Positions 10,492-20,514 of a stretch of 64,000 nt of DNA are shown in pieces. The stretch lies in contig CAYRES010000004.1 of assembly GCA_964423425.1 (NCBI GenBank), positions 136,256 through 200,255 of the forward strand, written 5' to 3'. Within the stretch, counting starts at the first letter, position 1. Every line of letters starts with the position of its first letter. Both the position numbers and the translations under genes were made by a program. Source of the stretch: an uncultured Gaiellales bacterium. Lineage in GTDB: Bacteria; Actinomycetota; Thermoleophilia; RBG-16-64-13. A model generated the notes under the pieces. The model was not told the origin of the DNA and did no database searches. It saw only the letters and a program-made list of their open reading frames with translations.

Positions 10492-10598
10492 GCCACTCAT
10501 GAAGGGTGCCGCAAGTGGCGGGGAAAATCCAATCCCGGCGTGTATGATGGGAGCAGCTGCATACTGCATTGCGGTTATGCGATACGAGGAGGCATGCG

Positions 10599-11933
10599 TT
10601 GGCAGGGCGTCGGATAGTGATCATGGGGGCCGCAGGGCGGGACTTTCACAACTTCAACATGGTCTTCCGTGGCGACCACGCGTATGAGGTAGTGGCCTTC
10701 ACGGCTACGCAGATCCCAGGCATCGAGGGGCGGGCATATCCATCGGTACTGGCCGGACCGTTGTATCCGCAGGGCATTCCCATATTTCCGGAAGAGCATC
10801 TCGAGCGACTCATCGCCGATGAGGGCGTAGATGAGATTGTGTTCGCCTACAGCGACGTCTCGCATGAGTATGTGATGCACCAGGCCTCCCGGGCTCTCGC
10901 CGCGGGGGCGGACTTCTGCCTGCTCGGTCCCGAGAGGACGATGGTGCAGGCCTCGGTGCCTGTGATCTCCGTGTGTGCAGTACGAACGGGAGCGGGAAAG
11001 AGCCAGACATCGCGGTTCGTGGCCGATTACCTCCTTGAGAGAGGCATCACACCGGTGGTGATCCGCCATCCCATGCCTTACGGTGATCTGGGGCGGCAGA
11101 GGGTGCAGCGCTTCTCAACACTCGAGGACCTCGACCTCCACGAGACAACCATCGAGGAGCGCGAGGAGTACGAAGCACATGTGCTGAAGGGATTGGTGGT
11201 GTACGCGGGTGTGGACTATCAGGCCATCACGTTGCAGGCGCAGGCGGAGGCCGATCTGTTGATATGGGACGGCGGCAACAACGACTTCTCCTTCCTACGC
11301 CCGGATCTCGAGTTGGTGGTCGCCGACCCCTTCCGGGTGGGCCACGAACTCTCCTATCATCCGGGGGAGCTGAATCTCCGGCGCGCCGATGTCGTGGTGA
11401 TCAACAAGGTCAACTCGGCGCCGGTGGAAGATGTGGAGCGTCTGCGACGCATAGTGCAGAGCGTGAACCCTCAGGCGGGAGTGGTGCTCGCCGACTCGAT
11501 CATCACGTGTGATGAAGGTGCGGACATCGAGGGGAAGAGGGTGTTGGTGGTCGAAGATGGGCCCACGCTCACCCACGGTGGTATGGCGACCGGTGCCGGT
11601 GCAGAGGCCGCACGTTCGATGCGGGCGGCAGAACTGGTCGATCCCCGTTCCTACGCGGTGGGTGACCTCCGCGCGGTGTACGCCAAGTACACGCACCTGG
11701 GGCCCATACTGCCGGCTGTGGGCTACTACGCTGAGCAGTTGCGCGATCTGGAGGCTACCATCGACGCCGTGCCTGCCGATCTCGTGCTGGTCGCCACACC
11801 TGTCGATCTCACCCGCGTCCTGCAGGTGAACAAGCCCATCGTGCGTGTGCAGTATGAACTGAAGGAACGGGGCGTGCCAAGCGTGAGCGAGGCGCTGGAA
11901 GGATTCCTGGCGCGCGTGAAGCTCGGAGTCTGA
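10599..11933 (+). CDS. COG2403-family P-loop protein (database annotation usually 'cyclic 2,3-diphosphoglycerate synthetase' or 'predicted GTPase')
   Basis: N-terminus ...RRIVIMGAAGRDFHNFNMVF and the internal P-loop VRTGAGKSQTS match what I recall for this family. About 445 aa. TTG at 10599 lies 8 nt after GGAGG; the alternative starts at 10569 and 10617 are not excluded. Confidence 0.7.
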   Translation: MAGRRIVIMGAAGRDFHNFNMVFRGDHAYEVVAFTATQIPGIEGRAYPSVLAGPLYPQGIPIFPEEHLERLIADEGVDEIVFAYSDVSHEYVMHQASRALAAGADFCLLGPERTMVQASVPVISVCAVRTGAGKSQTSRFVADYLLERGITPVVIRHPMPYGDLGRQRVQRFSTLEDLDLHETTIEEREEYEAHVLKGLVVYAGVDYQAITLQAQAEADLLIWDGGNNDFSFLRPDLELVVADPFRVGHELSYHPGELNLRRADVVVINKVNSAPVEDVERLRRIVQSVNPQAGVVLADSIITCDEGADIEGKRVLVVEDGPTLTHGGMATGAGAEAARSMRAAELVDPRSYAVGDLRAVYAKYTHLGPILPAVGYYAEQLRDLEATIDAVPADLVLVATPVDLTRVLQVNKPIVRVQYELKERGVPSVSEALEGFLARVKLGV

Positions 11934-12033
11934 GGGACCCCGTTCAAGGGAGGGTGTGCGAGCGGACCGAGCGAAGTGGCCACAAGCCGCGCAAGGCGGC
12001 CCGCCTGTCGTTGCGGGACGGTCGCCGCCCCTC

Positions 12034-12573
12034 CTAGCCGGCCCGGCCGGGTGCAGCTGCGCGGAGGGTACCGACGACGGCCGCCATGAAGGCCGGCAGG
12101 TCGTCGGGCGTGCGCGAGGTGACCAGGTTCCTGTCCACCACCACCTCCTCATTCACCCAGGTGGCGCCTGCGTTGACGAGATCGTCCTTTATCGCCCCCA
12201 CTGAGGTCACCGTGCGGCCGTGCAACATGTTGGCCGAGACCAAGACGGACCCACCGTGGCAGATGGCGGCCACCAAGGAGCCTCGCGCGTCCACTGCCCC
12301 CACGAAGGCGTTGATGTCCTCATGGCGGCGGAGGCGGTCGGGCGCCCAACCCCCAGGGACTACCACCCCGTCGACGGACTGGATGTCGAGCTCCGCCACC
12401 GTGGCGACGGCCGTGGCCGGGTAGCCGTGTTTCGATTCATACGTCCCTCGGCCGGGAGCGACGGCAGTGACCTGCGCCCCTTCTTCGAGCAGCCGCAGCT
12501 TGGGGTACCAGAACTCAAGGTCCTCGTAGTCTCTCTCGAGCAGGATGACCACGTGGTAACCGTGCAAAGACAT
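12034..12573 (-). CDS. DJ-1/PfpI family protein (PfpI-type intracellular protease/deglycase)
   Basis: 179-aa ORF with the nucleophile-elbow motif AAICHGGSVL and the PGGWAPD motif. Typical PfpI length. Confidence 0.88.
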   Translation of the reverse strand: MSLHGYHVVILLERDYEDLEFWYPKLRLLEEGAQVTAVAPGRGTYESKHGYPATAVATVAELDIQSVDGVVVPGGWAPDRLRRHEDINAFVGAVDARGSLVAAICHGGSVLVSANMLHGRTVTSVGAIKDDLVNAGATWVNEEVVVDRNLVTSRTPDDLPAFMAAVVGTLRAAAPGRAG

Positions 12574-12858
12574 GCCGGCCTCCTTGGGAGTGTGCCTCGG
12601 GGCGTGGGTGGCGTGTAGTCATATGACATGGTTCCTCAAGGAACGGGGCCCCAAACCGGGAAGCGGTGCTCCCAGCTGGCGAGGGGGTCTCCCAAGCGGT
12701 AGGAGGGACTTCCGACCGGCGGGAGAGGCACCACACCGGGGCTGCGGACCGGTTGTTTTGCTGAAGCCGGCGGAGGGTACGTAGCCGTTGACCCCGTCGA
12801 CTATGGCATCCGTCGCCCCACCACAGGGGCCGGGTGCTTTGACCACAAGGAGAGACTC

Positions 12859-13446
12859 ATGGCCTTCACGCTTCCCGACCTTCCTTATGCGGCTGATGCC
12901 TTGGGGCCGCACCTCAGCGCGGAGCAGCTCGAATTCCATCATGACAAGCATCACGCCGCCTACTTCAACAACCTCAACGGCCTCATCGAAGGTACCGAGC
13001 ACGCCGATAAGTCCCTTGAGGACATCATCGCGGTCGCAGAGGGCGGCCTGTTCAACAATGCGGCCCAAGCCTGGAACCATACCTTCTACTTCAACTGCAT
13101 GAAGCCGGGAGGTGGGGGGGCACCTTCAGGAGATCTGGCGGCGGCTCTCGAACGCGATTTCGGATCGTTCGACACCTTCCGCAAAGACTTCGTACAGGCC
13201 GGGGTCACCCAGTTCGGTTCCGGATGGGCTTGGCTCGTACTGGAACAGGGGCGGCTCAGGGTCACGAAGACCGCCAATGCCGATCTGCCGCTCGTGCACG
13301 GCCAAGTGCCGCTTCTCACGGCCGACGTGTGGGAGCATGCCTACTACATCGACTACCGCAATCTGCGTCCGAAGTACCTGGAGGTATTTGTCGACAGCCT
13401 CGTGAACTGGGACTTCGTGGCGGCCAATCTCGCCGACGCGGGTTGA
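12859..13446 (+). CDS. Fe/Mn-family superoxide dismutase
   Basis: 195 aa with LPYAADALGPHLSAEQLEFHHDKHHAAY, AQAWNHTFYF and DVWEHAYYIDYRN, which contain the metal-ligand His/Asp motifs. The sequence flavour is more Fe-type, but metal specificity is not assigned. Confidence 0.93.
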   Translation: MAFTLPDLPYAADALGPHLSAEQLEFHHDKHHAAYFNNLNGLIEGTEHADKSLEDIIAVAEGGLFNNAAQAWNHTFYFNCMKPGGGGAPSGDLAAALERDFGSFDTFRKDFVQAGVTQFGSGWAWLVLEQGRLRVTKTANADLPLVHGQVPLLTADVWEHAYYIDYRNLRPKYLEVFVDSLVNWDFVAANLADAG

Positions 13447-13493
13447 GCTGGTGACGGCCGCCTGAGGCGGCGGCCGCAGACGTGAAGAAGGGT

Positions 13494-13521
13494 GGCCGGG
13501 GGGGCGGAGGCCCCCCCGGCC
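13494..13521 (+). terminator. hairpin terminator after the sod gene
   Basis: GGCCGGGGGGG-CGGAGG-CCCCCCCGGCC, an 11-bp G/C stem 48 nt after the stop codon. Confidence 0.55.
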
Positions 13522-13525
13522 GTCG

Positions 13526-14788
13526 GTGCTAGAATGGCGAATCGTGGGCACACTCGAGACGGAAACGGTGGTTGTAGAAGAGCAGCGTACCTTGAGCGCA
13601 AGGGTGTACGTCACCGTCGCCACGCTCGGTTTCTCCACGGCGATCTCCGTCATCACCACCTACCTGCCGCTGCTCCTCAGCCGTCATACCTCGTCTGCGG
13701 CGCTGGTCGGTCTCGCCATTGGGGGGGAGGGAGTGTTCGCTCTTGCCATCCCGCTGGTGGCCGGCATTATCAGTGACCGGATCTGGACGAGATGGGGAAG
13801 GCGCCGGCCCTTCATGATCGCGTCGGCTCCTTTCATGGCCTCCGCCCTCATCATCGCTCCGCTTCAACCAAGCTATGTGGGCATGGCGCTCGCCACCTTC
13901 GTCTTCTTCGGCGCCTATCATTTCTACGTGTCTCCCTACCAATCGCTGGTGTCGGACGCCAGTCCGGTGGATGCGCAGGGACGGGTGCAGGGCATGCAGA
14001 CAGTCATGCGCGGATGCGGCATGTTTCTGGGCATGGTGGTGGCCGGCGTGCTCTTTGCCCGGTGGAATCCGCTTCCTTTCGTGCTTTCGTCCGTCCTCAT
14101 CATTGCGACCACCTATGTCACCGTGGCGTTCGTCAAGGAGAGGGAACCCACCTACCTGATCGCCGCGTCCAGCTCCAGCCTGGTCAGGGAGCTGCGTTCC
14201 ACCTGGCGGACGATGCGCAAGGAGCCCATGGTCAAACTACTGCTGGTAGGCAACTATCTGTGGGAGTTCACCATATCCGGCTTCAGGCCCTTCGCCATGC
14301 TGTACTTCATGGTGGTATTGGGAGCGAGCACGGAACAGGGTGCGCTGGTTCTCGCCATCCTCGGCGGTACATACGTGGTCGCGGGACTCGCCAGCGGCTG
14401 GCTGGCCGACAGGTGGGGCCGGAAACAGGTGATGTGGGTGGGACTCTGGATATACATGGCGGGCTGCCTCAGCGGCTTCTTCGTGCGCGATCTGGGGCTC
14501 GCCATGATCCTTTTGGTGCTCTTCGGTCTCGGCGGCTCGACTGTACTCACCCTTCCCTACGCCATTCTCATGCGCATCATGCCGAAGGAACGGGTGGGCC
14601 AGTTCACCGGTCTCTTCACCATGACCCGGGGGTTTGCCGCCCTCACCGGCCCGATCATCATGGGGCTTGCCATCGATGCCGCGGCGCCCTTCATTCCCGA
14701 GACGGGAGGGTACGTCATCATGTGGCCGCTCTCAGGTGTGGCCCTCGCCATCTCCATGCTGGTCTTCAGGAAGATACGGGTCGAGTAG
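13526..14788 (+). CDS. MFS transporter
   Basis: 420-aa ORF with about 12 predicted hydrophobic helices and a loop motif (SDRIWTRWGRRRPF) typical of sugar/GPH-like MFS carriers. Start is uncertain (GTG 13526 or GTG 13544). Confidence 0.85.
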   Translation: MLEWRIVGTLETETVVVEEQRTLSARVYVTVATLGFSTAISVITTYLPLLLSRHTSSAALVGLAIGGEGVFALAIPLVAGIISDRIWTRWGRRRPFMIASAPFMASALIIAPLQPSYVGMALATFVFFGAYHFYVSPYQSLVSDASPVDAQGRVQGMQTVMRGCGMFLGMVVAGVLFARWNPLPFVLSSVLIIATTYVTVAFVKEREPTYLIAASSSSLVRELRSTWRTMRKEPMVKLLLVGNYLWEFTISGFRPFAMLYFMVVLGASTEQGALVLAILGGTYVVAGLASGWLADRWGRKQVMWVGLWIYMAGCLSGFFVRDLGLAMILLVLFGLGGSTVLTLPYAILMRIMPKERVGQFTGLFTMTRGFAALTGPIIMGLAIDAAAPFIPETGGYVIMWPLSGVALAISMLVFRKIRVE

Positions 14789-14905
14789 CGGCGGAGTCTC
14801 GAGCGGAGCGCAGCCTGCGGCTGACACACGCGGGTGCACATTTCTCGCGGGCAGAGACGCGATGGTTCCACAAGGGGGCGTTTGGCGGGTGCTGCGTGTG
14901 GGAAG

Positions 14906-15253
14906 ATGCTCTACATGGCTTCACTACACGAACAAGAGGCACCGGGGCGGGGCCCTACGGCGGCGGAAAGCGGCCGGCATGTGGGCTACGTCTCCTCGGG
15001 TCGCGGTGAGGAGCTGGAGTGCTCACCGGCCGGCGCAGGCCGAAGCGAAGAGGCCCGGCTGGTGTTCAGTCTGCTGAGCGACCACTGCCGCGGTCTCACC
15101 CTCGGCCAGCTGAGAGCACGCACCGGCCTGTCCGCCGACACCCTGCACATGGCTCTCGATGAGTTGAGGCGGGATGGGCTGGTTGTGCGGCTGAACACGT
15201 TGCTGGAAAGCTACGTCTGCCGCTTTCCGGGTATCAGGGTGGACGACTCGTAG
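14906..15253 (+). CDS. small putative winged-helix DNA-binding protein (hypothetical)
   Basis: The C-terminal part ARLVFSLLSDHCRGLTLGQLRARTGLSADTLHMALDELRRDGLVVRLN looks like a MarR/ArsR-like wHTH. The N-terminal half is low complexity and the start is uncertain (ATG 14906/14915 or internal). Confidence 0.4.
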   Translation: MLYMASLHEQEAPGRGPTAAESGRHVGYVSSGRGEELECSPAGAGRSEEARLVFSLLSDHCRGLTLGQLRARTGLSADTLHMALDELRRDGLVVRLNTLLESYVCRFPGIRVDDS

Positions 15254-15310
15254 GTCTCGCTCTCGGTCATCTGCGGGGATGGTTCCCGTCTCTGATAGAA
15301 TCCTTTCGCG

Positions 15311-16252
15311 ATGAGCGAGACGCCGAAGGATTCCCCAAGCGATATGCCTCTCACCATTCCCTTTGCCGACACCCCGGCGGTCGACGAGCGGCCCATAGGA
15401 GTGTTCGACTCCGGGGTGGGGGGCCTCACCGTGCTGCACGAATGCCTCGTCAGCTTGCCGCACGAGGACTTCGTGTATCTGGGCGATACTCTCAATTTCC
15501 CCTACGGTTCGCGCAGCGGTGAGGAAGTCCGCGGGCTGGCTTTCTGGAACGCCTCCTTCCTCGTGGAGTTGGGCGTGAAGCTGATTGTGGTGGCCTGCAA
15601 CAGCGCCACCGCCGTCGCTTTGCCTGAGCTTCAAGCCTCGCTGCGCACGCCGGTGATAGGCGTGATCATGCCTGGTGCTCGAGTGGCGGCACAGGTCACC
15701 CGCAACCGGCGGGTCGGCATACTGGGCACCGAGGCCACGGTGCAGTCGGCCAGTTATCAGCAGGCTCTGCAAACGCTCGATGCCGGCTGTGAGACGGTGG
15801 CCGTGCCGTGCCCACGGCTGGCCGCGCTCATCCAGGAGGGTGATGTCTTCTCGGAGGAAGTGGACGGCGCGGTCCGTTCCTACGTGGCTCCCCTCAAGGA
15901 GGCGGGCGTCGATACCGTGATCCTGGGTTGCACCCATTACCCCCTCATCACGCCCATGCTGCGCCGGCTTCTGGGGCCTGCGGTTTCCTTGGTCAACTCG
16001 GCGGAGGAGATCGCCCGCGAAGTGGCCGAGACACTGGAGCGCAAAGGCATCACCAACCGGTACGGCCGGGAAGGCACCTACACCTTCTACGCGACAAGCG
16101 ATCCCGAGGGCTTCAGGTCGGTGGGGGCGCGCTTTCTCCAGTTGCCCATCAAGCACGTGGCCCTGCGTGATGACGGTACCCCAGCTCTTGCCGCCTGCGG
16201 GCAGGGGACGGGCGGGCATGGTGCTGCACAGAGGAGCGCACGTGGGCACTGA
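15311..16252 (+). CDS. murI: glutamate racemase
   Basis: [20 protein letters not shown] and ILGCTHYP motifs, which include both catalytic Cys. Confidence 0.93.
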   Translation: MSETPKDSPSDMPLTIPFADTPAVDERPIGVFDSGVGGLTVLHECLVSLPHEDFVYLGDTLNFPYGSRSGEEVRGLAFWNASFLVELGVKLIVVACNSATAVALPELQASLRTPVIGVIMPGARVAAQVTRNRRVGILGTEATVQSASYQQALQTLDAGCETVAVPCPRLAALIQEGDVFSEEVDGAVRSYVAPLKEAGVDTVILGCTHYPLITPMLRRLLGPAVSLVNSAEEIAREVAETLERKGITNRYGREGTYTFYATSDPEGFRSVGARFLQLPIKHVALRDDGTPALAACGQGTGGHGAAQRSARGH

Positions 16253-17003
16253 GGCCCGGACCGGTGACAGGGCTCCCACGGAGCTGCGTCACCTGACCAT
16301 CACCCCCGACTTCGTGGGGTCCGCCGACGGCTCTGTGTTGTTCGAGCTGGGCAGCACCCGCGTGCTCTGTACCGCGGTCGTTGAAGATGGGGTGCCCCGC
16401 TGGCGCCGAGGCTCGGGCTCGGGCTGGGTGACCGCCGAGTACTCGTTGTTGCCCGCCTCCACCCGCGGCCGTTCACCGCGTGAGGCCGTCCGGGGCCGGC
16501 AGGGAGGCCGCACCGTTGAGATTCAACGGCTCATAGGCCGAAGTCTCCGGGCCGTGGTCGACCTCGCCGCACTGGGGGAACGGAGCGTCTATGTGGACTG
16601 CGACGTGTTGGAGGCGGACGGCGGCACTCGTTGCGCGGCTGTGAGCGGTGGCTATCTGGCCCTCCACATCGCCCTCAAACGGGCCACCGATGCCGGCAGG
16701 TTGAGGGTGTTCCCCATCACCGACTCGGTGGCGGCGGTGAGCGTGGGAGTGGTCGGAGGCATGCCTCTTCTCGACCTCAACTACGCAGAGGATTCAGCCG
16801 CCGATGTGGATATGAACGTGGTGATGACCGGGGCGGGAAGATTGGTCGAAGTGCAGGCGACGGCCGAGATCGTGCCCTTCTCCCGCGAGGAGCTCGATCA
16901 TCTGCTCGACGTGGCCGTGGACGGCATTGCCCAAGTGACGGAACGCCAGCTCGAAGTTGTGCGCTGGATCTATCATGCTCGTAATCACGCTGGCGACCAG
17001 TAA
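16242..17003 (+). CDS. rph: ribonuclease PH
   Basis: [22 protein letters not shown] and [14 protein letters not shown] motifs. GTG at 16242 is preceded by GAGGAG; ATG at 16218 is an alternative. The murI-rph-rdgB order is classical. Confidence 0.92.
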   Translation: MGTEARTGDRAPTELRHLTITPDFVGSADGSVLFELGSTRVLCTAVVEDGVPRWRRGSGSGWVTAEYSLLPASTRGRSPREAVRGRQGGRTVEIQRLIGRSLRAVVDLAALGERSVYVDCDVLEADGGTRCAAVSGGYLALHIALKRATDAGRLRVFPITDSVAAVSVGVVGGMPLLDLNYAEDSAADVDMNVVMTGAGRLVEVQATAEIVPFSREELDHLLDVAVDGIAQVTERQLEVVRWIYHARNHAGDQ

Positions 17004-17610
17004 CCGCGGCAAGGCGAAGGAGTTCGCACGGTTGTTCGGGGCGGGCTACTCGGTGCGGGCTCTTGCTCCCCACATCACTCTTCCCGTGGAGACCGGAGAC
17101 ACCTTCGCGGCCAATGCCCGCCTGAAAGCGGAGAGCGTCTTTGCCTCCCTGGGTGGCACCAAGGCCGTGCTGGCTGATGATTCAGGGCTCGAGGTGGGAG
17201 CCCTCGGAGGCCTCCCGGGAGTGCGTTCGGCACGCTATGCGGGCCCGGAGGCCGGCGATGAGGAGAACGTGGCCCTACTGATCGCGGAGCTCGAGGGCCA
17301 GACCGACCGGAGGGCGCGCTTCGTGTGTGAGCTCGCTCTCGTATTGCCGGGCGAGGGCAAGGGCTTCGGGCCTCGGCTCGTGACGGCCCGGGGGGAGCTT
17401 CGCGGCCGCATCAGTGAGTGTCGACGCGGCGACGGGGGCTTCGGTTATGACCCTGTGTTCGTGCCCGACGGGTGGGAGCGGACGCTCGCCGAGGTGGAAG
17501 CGGGCGAGAAAGACCGCGTGTCTCATCGGGGGGCGGCGGTGCAGGCTCTACTGCGGGAGCTCCACACACAGGTGGGTGGGGAGCTCGCGCACGGTAGGGG
17601 GAAGGGCTGA
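16975..17610 (+). CDS. rdgB: non-canonical purine NTP pyrophosphatase (RdgB/HAM1 family)
   Basis: [18 protein letters not shown]-terminus and the GFGYDPVF and SHRGAA motifs. Overlaps the rph end. Confidence 0.9.
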   Translation: MLVITLATSNRGKAKEFARLFGAGYSVRALAPHITLPVETGDTFAANARLKAESVFASLGGTKAVLADDSGLEVGALGGLPGVRSARYAGPEAGDEENVALLIAELEGQTDRRARFVCELALVLPGEGKGFGPRLVTARGELRGRISECRRGDGGFGYDPVFVPDGWERTLAEVEAGEKDRVSHRGAAVQALLRELHTQVGGELAHGRGKG

Positions 17611-17614
17611 GACC

Positions 17615-17992
17615 ATGGACGAGGAGCGCTTCGAACGACTGGTCGATGAGGCCATGGCGGAATTGCCGGAGGAGTTCATCGACAGTCTCGAGAACCTCGA
17701 GATCGTGGTGAAGGAGTGGCCCTCTGCCGAGGAGCTGCGGGAAGCCGGTCTCGACCCGCACAGCCGGGCAGGGTTGCTGGGCTTGTACCGGGGCGTGCCC
17801 CTCACCGAGCGGGGCGCCCACTACGCCTGGGTCGCTCCCGACATCATCACTCTCTACCAGGGGCCCATCGAGAGGGCGGCCGGCCGATCCGACGAGGCTG
17901 TGAGGCGACAGGTGAGACTCACCCTCATGCACGAGATAGGTCACTACTTCGGTATCGACGAGGATCGTCTCGAGGAGCTCGGCTGGGCCTGA
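17615..17992 (+). CDS. zincin-like metallopeptidase family protein (small, actinobacterial-type)
   Basis: 125 aa with a C-terminal HEIGHYFG (HExxH) motif and an acidic N-terminus. Confidence 0.75.
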   Translation: MDEERFERLVDEAMAELPEEFIDSLENLEIVVKEWPSAEELREAGLDPHSRAGLLGLYRGVPLTERGAHYAWVAPDIITLYQGPIERAAGRSDEAVRRQVRLTLMHEIGHYFGIDEDRLEELGWA

Positions 17993-18018
17993 GCCGGGTC
18001 CAGTTGAAGCCGGCCGCT

Positions 18019-18726
18019 TCAGGAGAGCGAGAGCAGCGTGAAGGCAAACGCGTTGTTGAGCGCGTGGGCGATCACCGGTACCCACAGATCTCCGGTGCGC
18101 CGGTAGCCTTCGGCGAGGATCATGGCCCCGAGCATGATGGGCAAGAAGGCGGGAAGATTGAAGTGAACCACGCCGAACAACAGTGAGCTGTAGATGAGGC
18201 CCCGTGTGCGCCCCTTGAGGGCGCTCATGGCCCGGTAGAGGTAGCCGCGAAAGAATATCTCCTCGGTGACGGGGGCGAACACCACGCCCGCCACCCAGAT
18301 GGCAGCGAGGCCGCCCCCTGTTGCGTTCTCGATGGGGAACTGGGCCGCCTGCGTCTGCTCTATGCCCAACGCATTGAGAATGATGCCCACGGCAGCGGCG
18401 GCAATGACGAAGAGCACGCCGAAGAGCACCCCGTAGCCGAGGGAGCGTAACGAGAGTGTGCGGGTGAAGCCCATCTCGCTCCAACTCGTGACGCCGCTCC
18501 TGATCAACAGCAGGTACACGATGGCCAAGAGAACGGCGTCCTCCACCGCTATGAGCACGAACAGGGCCCAAGGGTTGGCCAGTATGTTGGTGCCGGAGAA
18601 GCTGATGATGACCGGCAGCGAGAAGACGGTGGCGAGCATCACCGCCCCTAGGAGAACCCCGATGACGATAGGCCACGATCCATAGCGGGCCAGCCGCGGA
18701 TTGGTGCGCAGGCGGTCGTTGCTCAC
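18019..18726 (-). CDS. CPBP family intramembrane glutamic endopeptidase (CAAX protease/Abi family)
   Basis: Polytopic 235-aa protein with the three signature motifs EEIFFRGYL, FGVVHF and HALNN. Confidence 0.86.
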   Translation of the reverse strand: MSNDRLRTNPRLARYGSWPIVIGVLLGAVMLATVFSLPVIISFSGTNILANPWALFVLIAVEDAVLLAIVYLLLIRSGVTSWSEMGFTRTLSLRSLGYGVLFGVLFVIAAAAVGIILNALGIEQTQAAQFPIENATGGGLAAIWVAGVVFAPVTEEIFFRGYLYRAMSALKGRTRGLIYSSLLFGVVHFNLPAFLPIMLGAMILAEGYRRTGDLWVPVIAHALNNAFAFTLLSLS

Positions 18727-18736
18727 GGTGCCGTGA

Positions 18737-19135
18737 CTATCTCATCAGCCGGCGGGCCACATCCAAGAGGAGCCTGCGATCCGCCGGTCGAAGCCGTCGG
18801 GTGAGTTGCGCCAATTCCCGCTCTTCCTGCTCGCTCAGGACGTCGGCTTCCAGAGAGAGCTGCTCGGGCTCGAAGAAGGGGTCGTCTTGATCGAGCGCGG
18901 CGTGATAGAGCAGGCGCCGGGGTGGGACGGAGAGGGCGGTGGCAATGGCCTCGAGGACGTCGGTTGTCGGATTCTTCCTGCCCTTCTCGATGTCGCCCAG
19001 GTAGCTCTTGGAGATCCCCGACTCATCGGCGAGTGCCTGCAGAGTGAACTCCTTGTCCTGCCTCAGGCGGCGGACCGTCATGCCGATGTAGTCGGCAAGT
19101 CGCTTGTCGTCTGGTGAATCGTTGGGAAGGCTCAT
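18737..19135 (-). CDS. XRE-family helix-turn-helix transcriptional regulator
   Basis: The ATG at 19135 gives 132 aa. The HTH is TLQALADESGISKSYLGDIEKGRKNP. It lies 10 nt upstream of the CPBP protease gene on the same strand and is divergent from larC. Confidence 0.85.
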   Translation of the reverse strand: MSLPNDSPDDKRLADYIGMTVRRLRQDKEFTLQALADESGISKSYLGDIEKGRKNPTTDVLEAIATALSVPPRRLLYHAALDQDDPFFEPEQLSLEADVLSEQEERELAQLTRRLRPADRRLLLDVARRLMR

Positions 19136-19218
19136 GGCAGGATCCCCGCAACCGTCGCGCCTTACCGCAGTGTAAGAGGTGCTTCGGCAGTTTGCAACAT
19201 TGGGATACACTGTGCCCC

Positions 19219-20514
19219 ATGCCAATCGTGTCCTTACCGCTCTTGTATATCGATCCGTGGGCAGGTCTCTCGGGTGACATGTTGCTGGCGGCACTGGTCG
19301 ATCTTGCGCTTGACGCGGGGGCCAAGCCTGTGGAGATCGAGGCCCGGCTCGAGGGGGTGATCGGGGCCCTCGCCCTGCCGGACACAAGCATCCGGGTGGA
19401 GGAGGTGGTGGAGCGGGGCATCGCCGCGCGGCGGGTCACGGTGGAAGACGGGGGAGGAGCCGAATTCCGGAGACTGTCGGAGATCGAGGCACTGCTTGCG
19501 GGAGTGGCATCGGAGTTGGCTCCGGGGGTGGCCGAGCGGGCCGGGAGGGCAATCGGCCGCTTGGCCGAGGTGGAGGCCCGCATCCACGGCGTATCGCCCG
19601 AAGACATCCATTTCCATGAGCTTGGGGCGGCGGACACCATTGTCGACGTGGTGGGATTCTTCTCCCTGATACACCTCTTGGGCGTGGAGGAGGTGGTCCA
19701 CGGCACCATTCCGGTGGGAAGCGGCCGAGTCGAGTGTGCGCATGGTCGTCTCGGGGTGCCGGCGCCGGCCACGCTGGAACTCCTGCGGGGCAGACCGGTC
19801 ACCGGCGGCGATGAGGAGTACGAGGCCACCACGCCCACGGGGGCGCTGCTGCTTGCCGAGTCGGCCTCGTCGTGGGGCCCACTGCCGCTCATGACCGTAC
19901 AGGCACGGGGTTATGGTGCGGGGAGCGCGGCCTTTCTGTCCGGTGCGAACGTGGTCAGAATCATCGGCGGCGAGAGACTCCGCCTGGCGCAGACGGAGGA
20001 GGGTCCGGCGGGCGGGCCCGGCGGGCGGGTGGTCCTCTTGGAGACGGTGCTCGATGACGTGGACGGGGAGACGGCAGGCTACGTGGTCGCCGGACTATTG
20101 GCCCAGGGGGCTCTCGATGCCTGGTTGCGCCCGGTGGTCATGAAGAAAAGTCGTCCCGGTGTGGAACTGTGTGTCTTGGGGAGGATCGAGGATGAGGCCG
20201 GTCTCACTCTCACCCTCATCCGTGAGACGGGAACCCTGGGTGTGCGGCGGCGGGTGGTGGAGCGTGCCGAAGTATCGCGGAGGTGGGTGCAGGTCGGCTT
20301 CCGGGAGCACGAGATACCGGTGAAAGTGGGGTACCTGGGCACGGAGATCGTGTCGGTGAAACCCGAGCACGAAGCGGCCGCCGCTGCAGCGCACGCGACC
20401 GGGGAGCCGCTCAGGCATGTCCTGCGGGTTGCCAGCGAAGCTGCGCACTCTATAATAGCGGGCCATGCCCCTTCGCCGGGGTGGTCCCAGTCGTCCAAGA
20501 CCACGGGGTGTTGA
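19219..20514 (+). CDS. larC: LarC-family nickel insertion protein (DUF111; nickel-pincer cofactor cyclometallase homologue)
   Basis: N-terminus MPIVSLPLLYIDPWAGLSGDMLLAALVDL is the typical LarC/DUF111 start. 431 aa. The stop TGA (20512-20514) overlaps the fhs ATG (20514-20516). Confidence 0.85.
   Translation: MPIVSLPLLYIDPWAGLSGDMLLAALVDLALDAGAKPVEIEARLEGVIGALALPDTSIRVEEVVERGIAARRVTVEDGGGAEFRRLSEIEALLAGVASELAPGVAERAGRAIGRLAEVEARIHGVSPEDIHFHELGAADTIVDVVGFFSLIHLLGVEEVVHGTIPVGSGRVECAHGRLGVPAPATLELLRGRPVTGGDEEYEATTPTGALLLAESASSWGPLPLMTVQARGYGAGSAAFLSGANVVRIIGGERLRLAQTEEGPAGGPGGRVVLLETVLDDVDGETAGYVVAGLLAQGALDAWLRPVVMKKSRPGVELCVLGRIEDEAGLTLTLIRETGTLGVRRRVVERAEVSRRWVQVGFREHEIPVKVGYLGTEIVSVKPEHEAAAAAAHATGEPLRHVLRVASEAAHSIIAGHAPSPGWSQSSKTTGC

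Noticed and set aside
12574-12858. 285-nt divergent spacer between the pfpI-like and sod genes. I examined it for a riboswitch (for example the Mn2+ yybP-ykoY class), an sRNA or an operator.
   Set aside because: I could not recognise any riboswitch consensus or a convincing conserved-looking structure by eye. It needs covariance-model scanning before anything can be claimed.
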